Both the position numbers and the translations under genes were made by a program. This document shows, one piece after another, positions 38,802-48,951 of a stretch of 64,000 nt of DNA. Source of the stretch: Pseudomonadota bacterium (GTDB taxonomy: Bacteria; Pseudomonadota; Gammaproteobacteria; Burkholderiales; SG8-39); the NCBI GenBank assembly GCA_947455195.1, contig CANGMI010000009.1, forward strand, positions 99,601 through 163,600, in the 5' to 3' direction. Each line of letters starts with the position of its first letter. Positions within the stretch are counted from its first letter, which is position 1. The notes beneath the pieces were generated by a model, which saw only the letters and a program-made list of their open reading frames with translations, had not been told where the DNA came from and searched no databases.

Positions 38802-40313
38802 ATGAGCACCCCCTCGAACACGACAGCCGACCCTGGTGCGACGAACGTTGCCCTTCCGCCCCTGAAGGATCCGACCCTGTTTCGCCAGCAGTGCTTCATC
38901 GATGGCGCATGGGCAGACGCCGACTCGGGCCGCACGATAGCCGTCACCAACCCGGCCAACGGGCTCACGCTCGGCAGCGTACCTGGCATGGGCACCGACG
39001 AAACGCGCCGTGCCATCGCCGCCGCTGACGCCGCTCTGCCCGCCTGGCGCGCGCGCACGGCCAAGGATCGCGCCACGATCCTGCGGCGCTGGTTCGAGCT
39101 CATGCTCGCCAACCAGGAGGATCTGGCGGTGCTCATGACCGCCGAGCAGGGCAAGCCGCTGGCCGAGTCAAGGGGTGAAATCGCCTACGCGGCCTCGTTC
39201 ATCGAGTGGTTTGCCGAAGAAGGCAAGCGCATCTACGGCGACGTGATACCGAGTCACGCGGCCGACAAGCGAATCGTGGTCCTGAAGGAGCCGATCGGCG
39301 TCTGCGCCGCGATCACGCCGTGGAATTTCCCGGCTGCGATGATCACCCGCAAATGCGGTCCGGCGCTCGCCGCCGGTTGCACGATGGTCGTGAAGCCGGC
39401 GACCGCAACCCCGTATTCGGCGCTGGCCCTGGCAGAACTCGCCCAGCGCGCTGGCGTCCCGAAGGGCGTATTCAGCGTCATCACCGGTGCGGCCAGTGCG
39501 GTGGGCGGCGAGATGACCTCGAACCCGACTGTGCGCAAGCTCACCTTTACCGGCTCCACCGAGATCGGCAAGGTGCTGATGGCCCAGTGCGCGCAATCGG
39601 TGAAGAAAACCTCGATGGAACTGGGCGGCAATGCCCCCTTCATCGTGTTTGACGATGCCGACCTCGATGCCGCCGCCGAAGGCGCCATCGCGTCGAAGTA
39701 TCGCAACGCCGGCCAGACCTGCGTGTGCGCCAATCGGCTGCTGGTGCAGGACTCGGTCTACGACGCATTTGCCGCAAAGCTGGCGGAAAAGGTGGCCCAA
39801 CTGAAGGTGGGCAACGGGCTCACCCCCGGGGTCACGATCGGGCCCCTCATCGACACCGCTGCCGTGGCCAAGGTGCAGGAACACATCGACGATGCCATCG
39901 GCCATGGCGCGCGCGTGGTGGCTGGCGGCCGGGCGCATGCGCTGGGCGGGCTGTTCTTCGAGCCGACGATTCTGGCGGATGTGACAACGGCGATGAAGGT
40001 CGCACGCGAGGAAACCTTCGGACCGCTCGCGCCGCTCTTTCGCTTCAAGGACGAGCGCGAGGCGATCGCACTGTCAAATGACACCGAGTTCGGACTGGCA
40101 GCCTACTTCTACGGGCGCGACATCGGACGCATCTGGCGCGTGGCCGAAGCCCTCGAATACGGCATCGTGGGGGTCAACACCGGCCTGATCTCCACCGAGG
40201 TCGCGCCCTTTGGCGGCATGAAGCAGTCAGGCATCGGACGCGAAGGTTCGAAGTACGGCATCGAGGACTATCTGCAGGTGAAGTACCTGTGCATTGGCGG
40301 GTTGGATCGCTGA
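38802..40313 (+). CDS. gabD: NAD(P)-dependent succinate-semialdehyde dehydrogenase
   Basis: ITPWNFPAAMITRK, FTGSTEIG, MELGGNAP, NAGQTCVC, EETFGP, GREGSKYG. Confidence 0.9.
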   Translation: MSTPSNTTADPGATNVALPPLKDPTLFRQQCFIDGAWADADSGRTIAVTNPANGLTLGSVPGMGTDETRRAIAAADAALPAWRARTAKDRATILRRWFELMLANQEDLAVLMTAEQGKPLAESRGEIAYAASFIEWFAEEGKRIYGDVIPSHAADKRIVVLKEPIGVCAAITPWNFPAAMITRKCGPALAAGCTMVVKPATATPYSALALAELAQRAGVPKGVFSVITGAASAVGGEMTSNPTVRKLTFTGSTEIGKVLMAQCAQSVKKTSMELGGNAPFIVFDDADLDAAAEGAIASKYRNAGQTCVCANRLLVQDSVYDAFAAKLAEKVAQLKVGNGLTPGVTIGPLIDTAAVAKVQEHIDDAIGHGARVVAGGRAHALGGLFFEPTILADVTTAMKVAREETFGPLAPLFRFKDEREAIALSNDTEFGLAAYFYGRDIGRIWRVAEALEYGIVGVNTGLISTEVAPFGGMKQSGIGREGSKYGIEDYLQVKYLCIGGLDR

Positions 40314-42169
40314 TGGCCACCCGCACAGCACAGGCCGGTCGCCGCGTCCCGGACGCCGATCCGGCAAGCCCGGCAACAGTGGCCCCCTCGCGCAAGGCGC
40401 CGGCGCGCAAGACGACTGCGCGCAAAGCCCCGGCACCGCGCGCGTCGGTGCCGGACGAAAGCCCGGCGGCCAAAGCCGCAACGGCGCCCGCCCGCGCCTA
40501 CCCCGATCTGCACGACCATATCGCGAGCCTGGAAGCGGCGGGCCTCCTCATCCGGGTCGACCGTCCGATCAACAAGGACACCGAGATGCATCCCCTGGTG
40601 CGCTGGCAGTTCCGGGGCGGCATCGCCGAGCGTGACCGCAAGGCGTTCCTCTTTACCAACGTCACCGACAGCAAGGGGCGTCATTACGACATCCCCGTGG
40701 TCGTCGGCGCAGTCGCCGCCAATCGCGAGATCTATCGCATCGGCATGGGCTGTGAACTCGACAAGATCGATGCCACCTGGAACCGGGCGGCCGCCCACCC
40801 GATCAAGCCGCGGGTGGTCAGGAACGCACCGTGCCAGGAAATCGTCATCATGGGTGATGAGCTCGATGAACCTGGCAAGGGCCTCGATGCGATTCCGGTG
40901 CCGATCTCGACCCCCGGCTGGGACAACGCGCCCTACACGACGCTGTCGCAGTACATCACCCGCGACCCCGAAACCGGGGTGCAGAACATGGGCAATTACC
41001 GGGGTCAGGTCAAAGGTCAGCGGCGCCTTGGCATGAATCCGTCGCTCGAACTGCGTCCGGGCATCTACGTTCACTGGGAGAAGGCACGGGCTCGTGGTGA
41101 AAAGCTGCCCGCGGCCGTCGTGCTGGGTGCACCGCCCTGCATTACCTTTACCTCGGCGCAGAAACTGCCCGAAGACGTTGATGAGTTCGACGTGGCTGGC
41201 GGTCTTGTCGGGGCACCGGTGAATCTGGTTCGTGCGAAGACGGTCGATCTCATGATCCCGGCCGAAGCCGAAATCGTGATCGAGGGCTACATCAACACCG
41301 AGTTCCTCGAACCCGAGGCGCCGTTCGGCGAATCGCACGGTCACGTCAACCTGCAGGAATACAACGCCTTCATGGACGTGACCTGCATCACGCGGCGCAG
41401 GAACGCGATTCTCACCTCGATCATCTCGCAGGTGACACCGAGCGAGTCGAGCGTGATCAAGCGGGTCTCGATGGAACCGCTCTTTCTGAACCATCTGCGA
41501 CGCAGCCTGGGCATCCTCGGGGTGAAGAAGGTGGTGATGCATGAACCGCTCACCAACCTGCGCAAGGTGATCGCGCTGATCATGGATCGCAAGACGCCCA
41601 CCACGGAAATCTGGCGCGCACTCTATGGCGCAGCAGCCTTGCACCGGGCGGCCGGCAAGTATGTCATTGCGGTGAATGAGGACATCGACCCGGACAATGC
41701 CGATGCCCTCCTCTGGGCCATGTCGTACCGCGCCAATCCGGCGCTCGACATCGAGATTCTCAAGCACCGCGATCAGGGGCACGGGCCGCGCAGCAAGCGC
41801 AACGGCGGGCAGGATGCCTCGGTGCTGATCGATGCGACCCTGAAGGAAGACTTTCCGCCCATTTCGCTGCCCAAGCGCGAGTTCATGGAAAACGCCCGGG
41901 CCATCTGGGAAGAACTCGGTCTGCCGCCGCTCAAGCCCGAGTCGCCCTGGTTTGGTTACACGCTGGGTGACTGGCCGGCCGAATTCGACAAGGCTGCCGA
42001 ACTGGCCGTGCAAGGCGACTACTTCATCACGGGTGAGATCATCGCTGGCCAGCGACGCAGCGATGTCACGATGAACACCGAAGTGCGCGACGTCGGCACG
42101 CGTCAGGGCAAGAAACCCAAGGCGCCCAAGGCGCCCAAGCTTGCGAAGAAGAACAAGAAGAAGTCCTGA
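40313..42169 (+). CDS. UbiD family prFMN-dependent decarboxylase
   Basis: NMGNYR, IPAEAEIVIEG, EAPFGE, EDID-LLWAMSYR, IDAT; TGATG overlap with gabD. Confidence 0.9.
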   Translation: MATRTAQAGRRVPDADPASPATVAPSRKAPARKTTARKAPAPRASVPDESPAAKAATAPARAYPDLHDHIASLEAAGLLIRVDRPINKDTEMHPLVRWQFRGGIAERDRKAFLFTNVTDSKGRHYDIPVVVGAVAANREIYRIGMGCELDKIDATWNRAAAHPIKPRVVRNAPCQEIVIMGDELDEPGKGLDAIPVPISTPGWDNAPYTTLSQYITRDPETGVQNMGNYRGQVKGQRRLGMNPSLELRPGIYVHWEKARARGEKLPAAVVLGAPPCITFTSAQKLPEDVDEFDVAGGLVGAPVNLVRAKTVDLMIPAEAEIVIEGYINTEFLEPEAPFGESHGHVNLQEYNAFMDVTCITRRRNAILTSIISQVTPSESSVIKRVSMEPLFLNHLRRSLGILGVKKVVMHEPLTNLRKVIALIMDRKTPTTEIWRALYGAAALHRAAGKYVIAVNEDIDPDNADALLWAMSYRANPALDIEILKHRDQGHGPRSKRNGGQDASVLIDATLKEDFPPISLPKREFMENARAIWEELGLPPLKPESPWFGYTLGDWPAEFDKAAELAVQGDYFITGEIIAGQRRSDVTMNTEVRDVGTRQGKKPKAPKAPKLAKKNKKKS

Positions 42170-42182
42170 TCAGGAGTTCACC

Positions 42183-42890
42183 GTGTCCGAGTCGAAGTCT
42201 GTCGCGCCAAAAGCCGACTGGAAGCCGCATGCGGCCGCGCCCAACACGCACCAGCGGGTGCTGGAACTGGTGCGGGCGCATCTGGCAGACCAGCCCGGTG
42301 CACGGGTCTGTGACGTGCCGTGCGGGGCAGGTGCCCTCTCGGCACAACTGGCGGCAGACGGTCTCGACGTGATGCCGGTCGACATCGCGGCGGTCGAACC
42401 CTTTCAGTTCGATCCGACGCGGCGTCGACTGCACGATTGCAACCGGGGCCTGCCCTTTGCCGATGCCGAACTCGACGCGGTCGTGAGCGTGGAAGGCATC
42501 GAGCATCTGGAAAGCCCCACGGGCTTTCTGCGCGAATGCGCGCGCGTGCTGCGTCCCGGGGGTCTGCTCTTTCTCACCACGCCCAATGTCGACAGCCTGC
42601 GCTCGCGCAAGTACGTCATCGGACGCGGCTATCACCGCTTCTTCGGTCCCGATGGGGACGAGGCCAAGGATGCCGGGCATCTTCACCCGATCGACATGAT
42701 GTTCGTGCGCAATGCGATCCGGCCACTCGGGCTCGTCTGGGTCGAGGGTGCCGTGAACCGCCTGTCGGGCAAGACCTGGTACTCAGAACTCTTGCGTCCG
42801 ATGCTGCAGCGCAAGCTGCCCGCCGCACTGCGAGGCGAAGTGCCCTTCTACGGCGACGTGATGATCTACGTGCTGCGCCGCGCAGCCTGA
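42183..42890 (+). CDS. Class I SAM-dependent methyltransferase
   Basis: DVPCGAG, EGIEHL, RVLRPGG-LTTPN; AGGAG SD, GTG start. Confidence 0.9.
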   Translation: MSESKSVAPKADWKPHAAAPNTHQRVLELVRAHLADQPGARVCDVPCGAGALSAQLAADGLDVMPVDIAAVEPFQFDPTRRRLHDCNRGLPFADAELDAVVSVEGIEHLESPTGFLRECARVLRPGGLLFLTTPNVDSLRSRKYVIGRGYHRFFGPDGDEAKDAGHLHPIDMMFVRNAIRPLGLVWVEGAVNRLSGKTWYSELLRPMLQRKLPAALRGEVPFYGDVMIYVLRRAA

Positions 42891-44086
42891 TCGACGGGGG
42901 CAGCACGCCCGGTCGCCTGAGCGGCAAGCCCCGTCGCCCGATCGGCGAGCCCTGCCGCCAGCCGATCGACCCGATCGGCAAAGGCCTCGAAGCCGAAATG
43001 GGCCAGATGCCCGACTGCAGCGCGCGGATCAGGCGGCTGCGCGCCGGACACGACCCGCCCGAGCACTGTGGCAAAGTCGCGCCCCCCGTCCTCGCGCGGA
43101 TCGGTGTAGAGAAACCCGCCCGACCCGTCGATGACCGTCTCGGTGAAGGGCGGTGACCGCGGGGCAAGAACCGGCGTGCCGCAGGCCTGCGCCTCGAGCA
43201 CGTTCAAGCCGAGCGCTTCCCGTTCGGGCAGACCGGTGAGCAGGTAATCGATGTTCCCGTACAGGCGAGCCACATCGCCCTGATGGCCCCACAGCCGGAC
43301 ACGATTGCCCAGCGGCGCCACGGCGCGCCTGAACTCACGCAGAGCGCGGTAATCAACCGCCGCGCCGAACACCTCGATCGTGACCTGCCGATACGCCTGC
43401 AGCGGCTCTCGCAGGCACTCGAAGAGGCGCGAAAACTGCTTCAAGGGCGCAAGGCGCGACACCACCCCCAGCGTGAGCCCGGGACGACGCTCGAAGCGCA
43501 CGGGGGGCCGAACGATGCCAAGCAGCGGGCTCAACCAGGGCAGCGCCGCTCGCACGATGCGATCGCGCGGCTTGTGGCTGTCCCAGTCACAGAGGCGCCC
43601 GGAGACGAGGGGCCGCGAAGCGTCGGCATCGACCCCGCGCGCCAGATCGATGGCAGCGTGCAGCGGTTCGGGCCAGATGGAGGCGAACCCCCTCGCGGCC
43701 AGCGTGGCGGCCACATGATGTGACACCGGCACGCGCTCATGCGCCAGCTCGTAGTAAACCGGCCACCGATCGTCGTAGAGCGCCTGGTGCGCCAGCGCGA
43801 CGACCCGAGTGCGTGGCAGAAGCGCGGCCAGCACCTCGCGCGCGAGCGGGGCATGAATGATGACCACGGCCCCGTCCGGTATCAGGCTTGGGGTCTGGCT
43901 GGCATCGGCAACCGACAGACGAACGCCCGCCGGCATCGGCAACCCCTCCCAGAACCGGGCCCCCGCCAGCGTGATGACCCGGGTATCGCGACCGCGGGCG
44001 AGCAAGGCAGCCGTGAAGGTACGGGTATAGACCTCGGCACCACCGAGCGCGCTGGACAGGTTGATCTGATAGACAGGCAGCTGCAT
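42866..44086 (-). CDS. Glycosyltransferase family 4 (GT-B)
   Basis: LGGAEVY, VSRLAPLK, EALGLNVLEAQACGTPV. Confidence 0.88.
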   Translation of the reverse strand: MQLPVYQINLSSALGGAEVYTRTFTAALLARGRDTRVITLAGARFWEGLPMPAGVRLSVADASQTPSLIPDGAVVIIHAPLAREVLAALLPRTRVVALAHQALYDDRWPVYYELAHERVPVSHHVAATLAARGFASIWPEPLHAAIDLARGVDADASRPLVSGRLCDWDSHKPRDRIVRAALPWLSPLLGIVRPPVRFERRPGLTLGVVSRLAPLKQFSRLFECLREPLQAYRQVTIEVFGAAVDYRALREFRRAVAPLGNRVRLWGHQGDVARLYGNIDYLLTGLPEREALGLNVLEAQACGTPVLAPRSPPFTETVIDGSGGFLYTDPREDGGRDFATVLGRVVSGAQPPDPRAAVGHLAHFGFEAFADRVDRLAAGLADRATGLAAQATGRAAPVDQAARRST

Positions 44087-44227
44087 GGTGGCCTCGACAG
44101 GGGACGAGGCGAAGGATAGATCAGGCGGCGGGCAGGTGCATGCACCGTGCTAGGCTCCGCGCTGCTGCCATCCCAGCCATCGGTCGCTCCCATCAGAGGG
44201 TAGCGGCCATCGAAGAATGAGGCCCCC

Positions 44228-45775
44228 ATGTCAGAACCGCTGCCGATCGCCCGTGCCGATCACGACATCTGCCTGCTGCCAGCACTTGCCAATCGCCATG
44301 GGCTGATTGCGGGTGCCACCGGTACCGGCAAGACCGTGACGCTGCAACGACTCGCCGAGCAATTCAGCCTGGCCGGTGTTCCAGTCTTCATGGCCGACGT
44401 GAAGGGCGATCTCTCGGGCCTCTCGCGCCCCGGCGAGTGGAAGCCCGCCATCAAGGCACGGGCAGAGCAGCTCGGATGTGCTTCGACCCATACCTTCCGG
44501 GCCTTTCCGACGATGTTCTGGGATGTCTTCGGCGCTTCCGGCCACCCGGTCCGCGCCACCATCTCCGAGATGGGCCCGGTGCTCATCGCCCGCATGCTGG
44601 GCCTGAACGACACCCAGGCAGGTGTACTCGCACTCACCTTTCGCATCGCCGATGACCAGGGGCTGCTGCTGCTCGACCTGAAAGACCTGCGTGCGATGCT
44701 GCAGCATGTCGGCGACAACGCAGCCACCTACAAGACCGAATACGGCAACATCTCGCCTGCCAGCATCGGCGCCATCCAGCGCGGGCTCCTCACCATCGCC
44801 GAGCAGGGTGGCGAGCAGTTCTTCGGCGAACCGGCGCTTGACCTCGACGATCTGATGCAGACCGATCGTGACGGGCGCGGGGTGATCAGCATTCTGGCCG
44901 CAGACCGCCTGATGAACGCCCCGCTCATCTACGCCACCTTTCTCCTCTGGCTCTTGTCGGAACTCTTCGAGCGTCTGCCCGAAGTGGGCGATCTCGAACG
45001 GCCGAAGCTCGTGTTCTTCTTCGACGAGGCGCACCTGCTCTTCACCGATGCGGCACCCGCCCTGCTGCAGAAGATCGAGCAGGTCGTGCGCCTCATCCGG
45101 TCCAAGGGTGTGGGCATCTACTTCGTGACCCAGAACCCGCTCGACATTCCCGACACGGTGCTCGGACAGCTGGGCAACCGGGTGCAGCATGCGCTGCGTG
45201 CCTTCACCCCGCGCGACCAGAAGGCGGTGCAGACGGCAGCAACCACCATGCGGCCCAACCCCCGCCTCAAGATCGAGACAGCCATCACCGAACTGGGGGT
45301 GGGCGAAGCGCTCATCTCGTTTCTCGACGCCAGGGGCACACCGGGCATCACCGAGCGAGCACTCGTGCTGCCCCCCTCGTCGCGCATTGGTGCGGTGAGC
45401 CCCGAGGAGCGACGCCAGACCATGACTACCTCGCTCGTGGCCGGCCACTACGAGCAGGTGATCGATCGGGAGTCGGCCTACGAACGACTCAAGGGCGTGC
45501 AGGCCAGCCCGGCGGCCGGTGGCAAATCGGCGACGACCGCACCCGGCAGCCAGGCTGCGCCGCCGACTGCCCCCACCTCGGGTTCGGGCGGTGGCATCCT
45601 CGATTCGATCGGTGACATCTTCGGTGGCGCCTCATCGGGCACTCGCCGCGCTGCACAGGGCCCGGTTGAAGCGGCCCTGAAGAGCGCTGCGCGCCAGATC
45701 GGCAGCGAACTTGGCCGACAGATCGTGCGAGGCGTCCTCGGATCCTTGCTGGGTGGCGGCGGTCGGCGGCGGTAA
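44228..45775 (+). CDS. DUF853/YjgR HerA-like ATPase
   Basis: [33 protein letters not shown]. Confidence 0.92.
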   Translation: MSEPLPIARADHDICLLPALANRHGLIAGATGTGKTVTLQRLAEQFSLAGVPVFMADVKGDLSGLSRPGEWKPAIKARAEQLGCASTHTFRAFPTMFWDVFGASGHPVRATISEMGPVLIARMLGLNDTQAGVLALTFRIADDQGLLLLDLKDLRAMLQHVGDNAATYKTEYGNISPASIGAIQRGLLTIAEQGGEQFFGEPALDLDDLMQTDRDGRGVISILAADRLMNAPLIYATFLLWLLSELFERLPEVGDLERPKLVFFFDEAHLLFTDAAPALLQKIEQVVRLIRSKGVGIYFVTQNPLDIPDTVLGQLGNRVQHALRAFTPRDQKAVQTAATTMRPNPRLKIETAITELGVGEALISFLDARGTPGITERALVLPPSSRIGAVSPEERRQTMTTSLVAGHYEQVIDRESAYERLKGVQASPAAGGKSATTAPGSQAAPPTAPTSGSGGGILDSIGDIFGGASSGTRRAAQGPVEAALKSAARQIGSELGRQIVRGVLGSLLGGGGRRR

Positions 45776-45976
45776 GGCATGAAGACGGCGTATCATTGTG
45801 CGCTGCACCACAGCTTGACACCGGTGGGGGTGACGCGGGTCTGATCGGAGGTCTGACGACAGGCCTGATCGCCGCTCGCGAAGGCCCGCGCGCCCCATGC
45901 GCGGAACCGACGTCCGCGCGGCCGTCCGGTGCGCTCTGGTGACCGTAAACAACCCGCCCATCCACTGGCTGCCCTC

Positions 45977-47671
45977 GTGATCATTCTGAAGAACCTTGTC
46001 CTCCGTCGCAGCGCCAAGGTGCTGCTCGACCGCGCCTCGATCACCATCACGCCGGGCGAAAAGGTGGGGCTGGTCGGACGCAATGGTGTCGGCAAATCGA
46101 CGCTCTTTGGCCTGCTCAATGGCAGCCTTCACGAAGATGCGGGCGAATTCTCCTGGCCACGTCAGTGGCGCCTCGCTCAGGTTGCGCAGGACATGCCCGA
46201 GACCTCGCAATCGGCCACCGAATTCGTGATCGACGGGGACACGCGTCTGGCTGAAGTGCGTGCAGCGCTGACCGAGGCCGAAACCCGTTTCGAGGCCGAC
46301 CCGGACGACCCCGATGCGGGCATGGCGATCGCCCAGGCCCATGCCGATCTGGCCGATGCGGGCGAACACGATGCGAGTGCGCGAGCGCAGGCGTTGATTC
46401 TCGGCCTTGGCTTTCGGGTCGATGAACTGGACAACCCGGTCGACAGTTTTTCGGGCGGCTGGCGCATGCGACTGCAACTCGCGCGTGCGCTGATGTGCCC
46501 GAGCGATCTGCTCCTGCTCGATGAACCCACCAACCACCTGGACCTCGACGCACTCGTGTGGCTCGAAGCCTGGCTCAAGAGCTACGCCGGCACGATGATC
46601 GTCATCAGCCACGACCGCGAGTTTCTCGATGCGGTCACCAGCGTCACCTTGCATATCGACAACGCGCAACTGGTGCGCTATGGCGGCAACTACAGCAAGT
46701 TCGAGGAAATGCGCTCCGAGCAGATGCTGCTGCAGCAGGCTGCCTTCGAGCGCCAGCAGGACAGGATCGCCCACCTGCAGAAGTTCATCGACCGCTTCAA
46801 GGCCAAGGCGAGCAAGGCCAAGCAGGCGCAGAGTCGGGTGAAGGCCATCGAACGCATGGAAAAGGTGGCCCCCATGCTGGCCAGCGCCGACTTCAATTTC
46901 GAATTCAAGGAGCCGCGCAGCATCCCCAGCCCGATGCTGTCGATTGCCGGGGCCGACTTCGGCTATGTCGTTGACGGGGAAGCGCGCACCATCGTGCGCA
47001 AGGTCAGTCGCTCGGTACTGGCTGGGCAGCGCATCGGCATCCTGGGGGCCAACGGTCAGGGCAAATCGACGGTGGTAAAGACCATCGCACGCGACCTTGC
47101 CGCACTGAGTGGCACGATCACCGAAGGCAAGGGCCTCACCATCGGCTACTTCGCGCAGCAGGAACTCGATGTGCTGCGCCCGCACGACAATCCGCTGCAG
47201 CACATGACACGACTCGCGCGCGAGGCGAGCGCGCAATCACGCGAAGCCAGTGGCGAACAGGTGCTGCGCGGGTTTCTCGGCAGCTTCAACTTCAGCGGCG
47301 ACATGGTGAGCCAGGCCGTTGGTACGATGAGCGGCGGCGAGAAGGCGCGTCTCGTGCTTGCAATGATGGTGTGGCAGCGCCCCAATCTGCTGCTGCTCGA
47401 TGAGCCGACCAACCACCTCGACCTCGTGACCCGCGAGGCACTGGCGATGGCGCTCAACCAGTTCGAAGGCACGCTGATGCTGGTGAGCCACGATCGTGCC
47501 CTGCTGCGCAGCGTCTGCGACGAATTCTGGCTGGTCGGGCGCGGTGCCATCAATGCCTTCGACGGCGATCTGGACGACTATCAGATCTATCTTCTGGAAG
47601 AAGGGCGCCGCCTGCGTGATGAAGCCCGTACGGGTCGCAACGCGGCCGGCACGAGGGCAAAGGCCGCCTGA
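45977..47671 (+). CDS. ABC-F family ribosome-associated ATPase (YheS-like)
   Basis: Two NBDs (GRNGVGKS, FSGGWRMR; GANGQGKS, MSGGEKAR), LDEPTNHLD twice, PtIM linker; no TM helices. Confidence 0.93.
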   Translation: MIILKNLVLRRSAKVLLDRASITITPGEKVGLVGRNGVGKSTLFGLLNGSLHEDAGEFSWPRQWRLAQVAQDMPETSQSATEFVIDGDTRLAEVRAALTEAETRFEADPDDPDAGMAIAQAHADLADAGEHDASARAQALILGLGFRVDELDNPVDSFSGGWRMRLQLARALMCPSDLLLLDEPTNHLDLDALVWLEAWLKSYAGTMIVISHDREFLDAVTSVTLHIDNAQLVRYGGNYSKFEEMRSEQMLLQQAAFERQQDRIAHLQKFIDRFKAKASKAKQAQSRVKAIERMEKVAPMLASADFNFEFKEPRSIPSPMLSIAGADFGYVVDGEARTIVRKVSRSVLAGQRIGILGANGQGKSTVVKTIARDLAALSGTITEGKGLTIGYFAQQELDVLRPHDNPLQHMTRLAREASAQSREASGEQVLRGFLGSFNFSGDMVSQAVGTMSGGEKARLVLAMMVWQRPNLLLLDEPTNHLDLVTREALAMALNQFEGTLMLVSHDRALLRSVCDEFWLVGRGAINAFDGDLDDYQIYLLEEGRRLRDEARTGRNAAGTRAKAA

Positions 47672-47685
47672 GCGCCACGCAGCAC

Positions 47686-48951
47686 TCAGCGTTCGCGCAA
47701 GGCCTGGGTCACGCCCTGCACGGGTCTGAAGAGGTATTCCAGAACGGTCTTCTGACCGGTGCGGATCTCCACCGTGGCGGTCATGCCCGGAATCGGATCG
47801 AGCTTCATGCCGTGTCGCAGCCGGTCATCGTCACGGATGCGCACGAGAATGCGGTAGTACCCCTCCTCGAGTTCAACGGGCGTTCCCGGCCTGCGGGGTC
47901 GCTCCTCGCGCAGGGTATCGGGACTCAGGTGCTCCAGCACGGCCGACAGTCCACCATAGCGATTGAAGTCGTAGGCCGTCAGCTTCACCGTTGCCGCCTG
48001 CCCGGGTGCCAGAAAAGCCACCTCGGCCGGCTTGACCCACGCCTCGACAAGCATCTCGTCCTGTGTCGGAACGATCGTGAGAATGTCCTGTCCGGGCTGG
48101 ATCACCCCGCCCAGGGTGGTCACCTGAACATTCTTCACCACCCCTTTCATCGGCGATCGGATCAGGGTTCGGTGCAGTGCATCGGCACGCCCGGTTGCAC
48201 TCTCGCGCGCCTGCGACAGGTCGGCGGCAACACGCACGAGTTCATTGTTGGCATCGGTCCGATAACGATTGCGCCGATCGACCACCTGAGCCTCAAGGTC
48301 GGCGCGCTGACGCGCCAGATCGGCCAACTGACGATCGAGGTCAGCGAACTGGCGTTGCAGACGCAGCAGTTCGACCTCCGAGATGACCCCCTGCGCAACC
48401 AGTGGCTGGGTCATGTCGATTTCGCGCTGGGTCGCCGCCTGCGATGCCTTCACGGCACGTACCGACCCCTCGATCGCCTGCATCGAATGCCGCAAGGCGC
48501 TCACCTGCTCATCGAGTGCCTGGCGCCGGGCCACGAAGGCTTCGCGCTCGCGCTCGACCAGCGGTCTCAAGCGCGCCACCTCAGCCGGAAACTCGAGCGC
48601 CGTGCCGTGCGCCTCGGCTCGCAAGCGGGCGAGTTGGGCGGCGAGCGACACCTGTTTCTCGAGCGCTTCGCGATAGACCGCGCCTGAGCGGGCATCGTCG
48701 ATGCGCAGCAACACCTGATCGCGCTCCACCGCATCGCCTTCGTGCACCCGCAGTTCGGCCAGGACGCCGGGGTCGAGACTCTGTACCACCTGCTCGCGAC
48801 TGGCCGGGATGACACGCCCCTGCGCGCGGGTGATCTCGTCCAGTTCAAAGAATGCGGCCCAGGTGATGGCAGAAAATACCGTCATCGCAACGGTCCACAC
48901 CAGATAACGGCTGACACGACGCGCGTCGTCCTCGGCAGCCAGGTCACTCAT
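47686..48951 (-). CDS. Type I secretion membrane fusion protein (HlyD family)
   Basis: N-terminal TM, coiled coil, IRSPMKG, AYDFNRYG, PGMTATVEIRTG. Confidence 0.95.
   Translation of the reverse strand: MSDLAAEDDARRVSRYLVWTVAMTVFSAITWAAFFELDEITRAQGRVIPASREQVVQSLDPGVLAELRVHEGDAVERDQVLLRIDDARSGAVYREALEKQVSLAAQLARLRAEAHGTALEFPAEVARLRPLVEREREAFVARRQALDEQVSALRHSMQAIEGSVRAVKASQAATQREIDMTQPLVAQGVISEVELLRLQRQFADLDRQLADLARQRADLEAQVVDRRNRYRTDANNELVRVAADLSQARESATGRADALHRTLIRSPMKGVVKNVQVTTLGGVIQPGQDILTIVPTQDEMLVEAWVKPAEVAFLAPGQAATVKLTAYDFNRYGGLSAVLEHLSPDTLREERPRRPGTPVELEEGYYRILVRIRDDDRLRHGMKLDPIPGMTATVEIRTGQKTVLEYLFRPVQGVTQALRER

Noticed and set aside
44228-45775. HerA-type anti-phage system
   Set aside because: This is the widespread stand-alone DUF853/YjgR ATPase, with no Sir2, NurA or nuclease partner adjacent.
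45977-47671. Antibiotic-resistance ABC-F
   Set aside because: Motifs fit housekeeping YheS-like ABC-F; the short C-terminus alone is not evidence of resistance.
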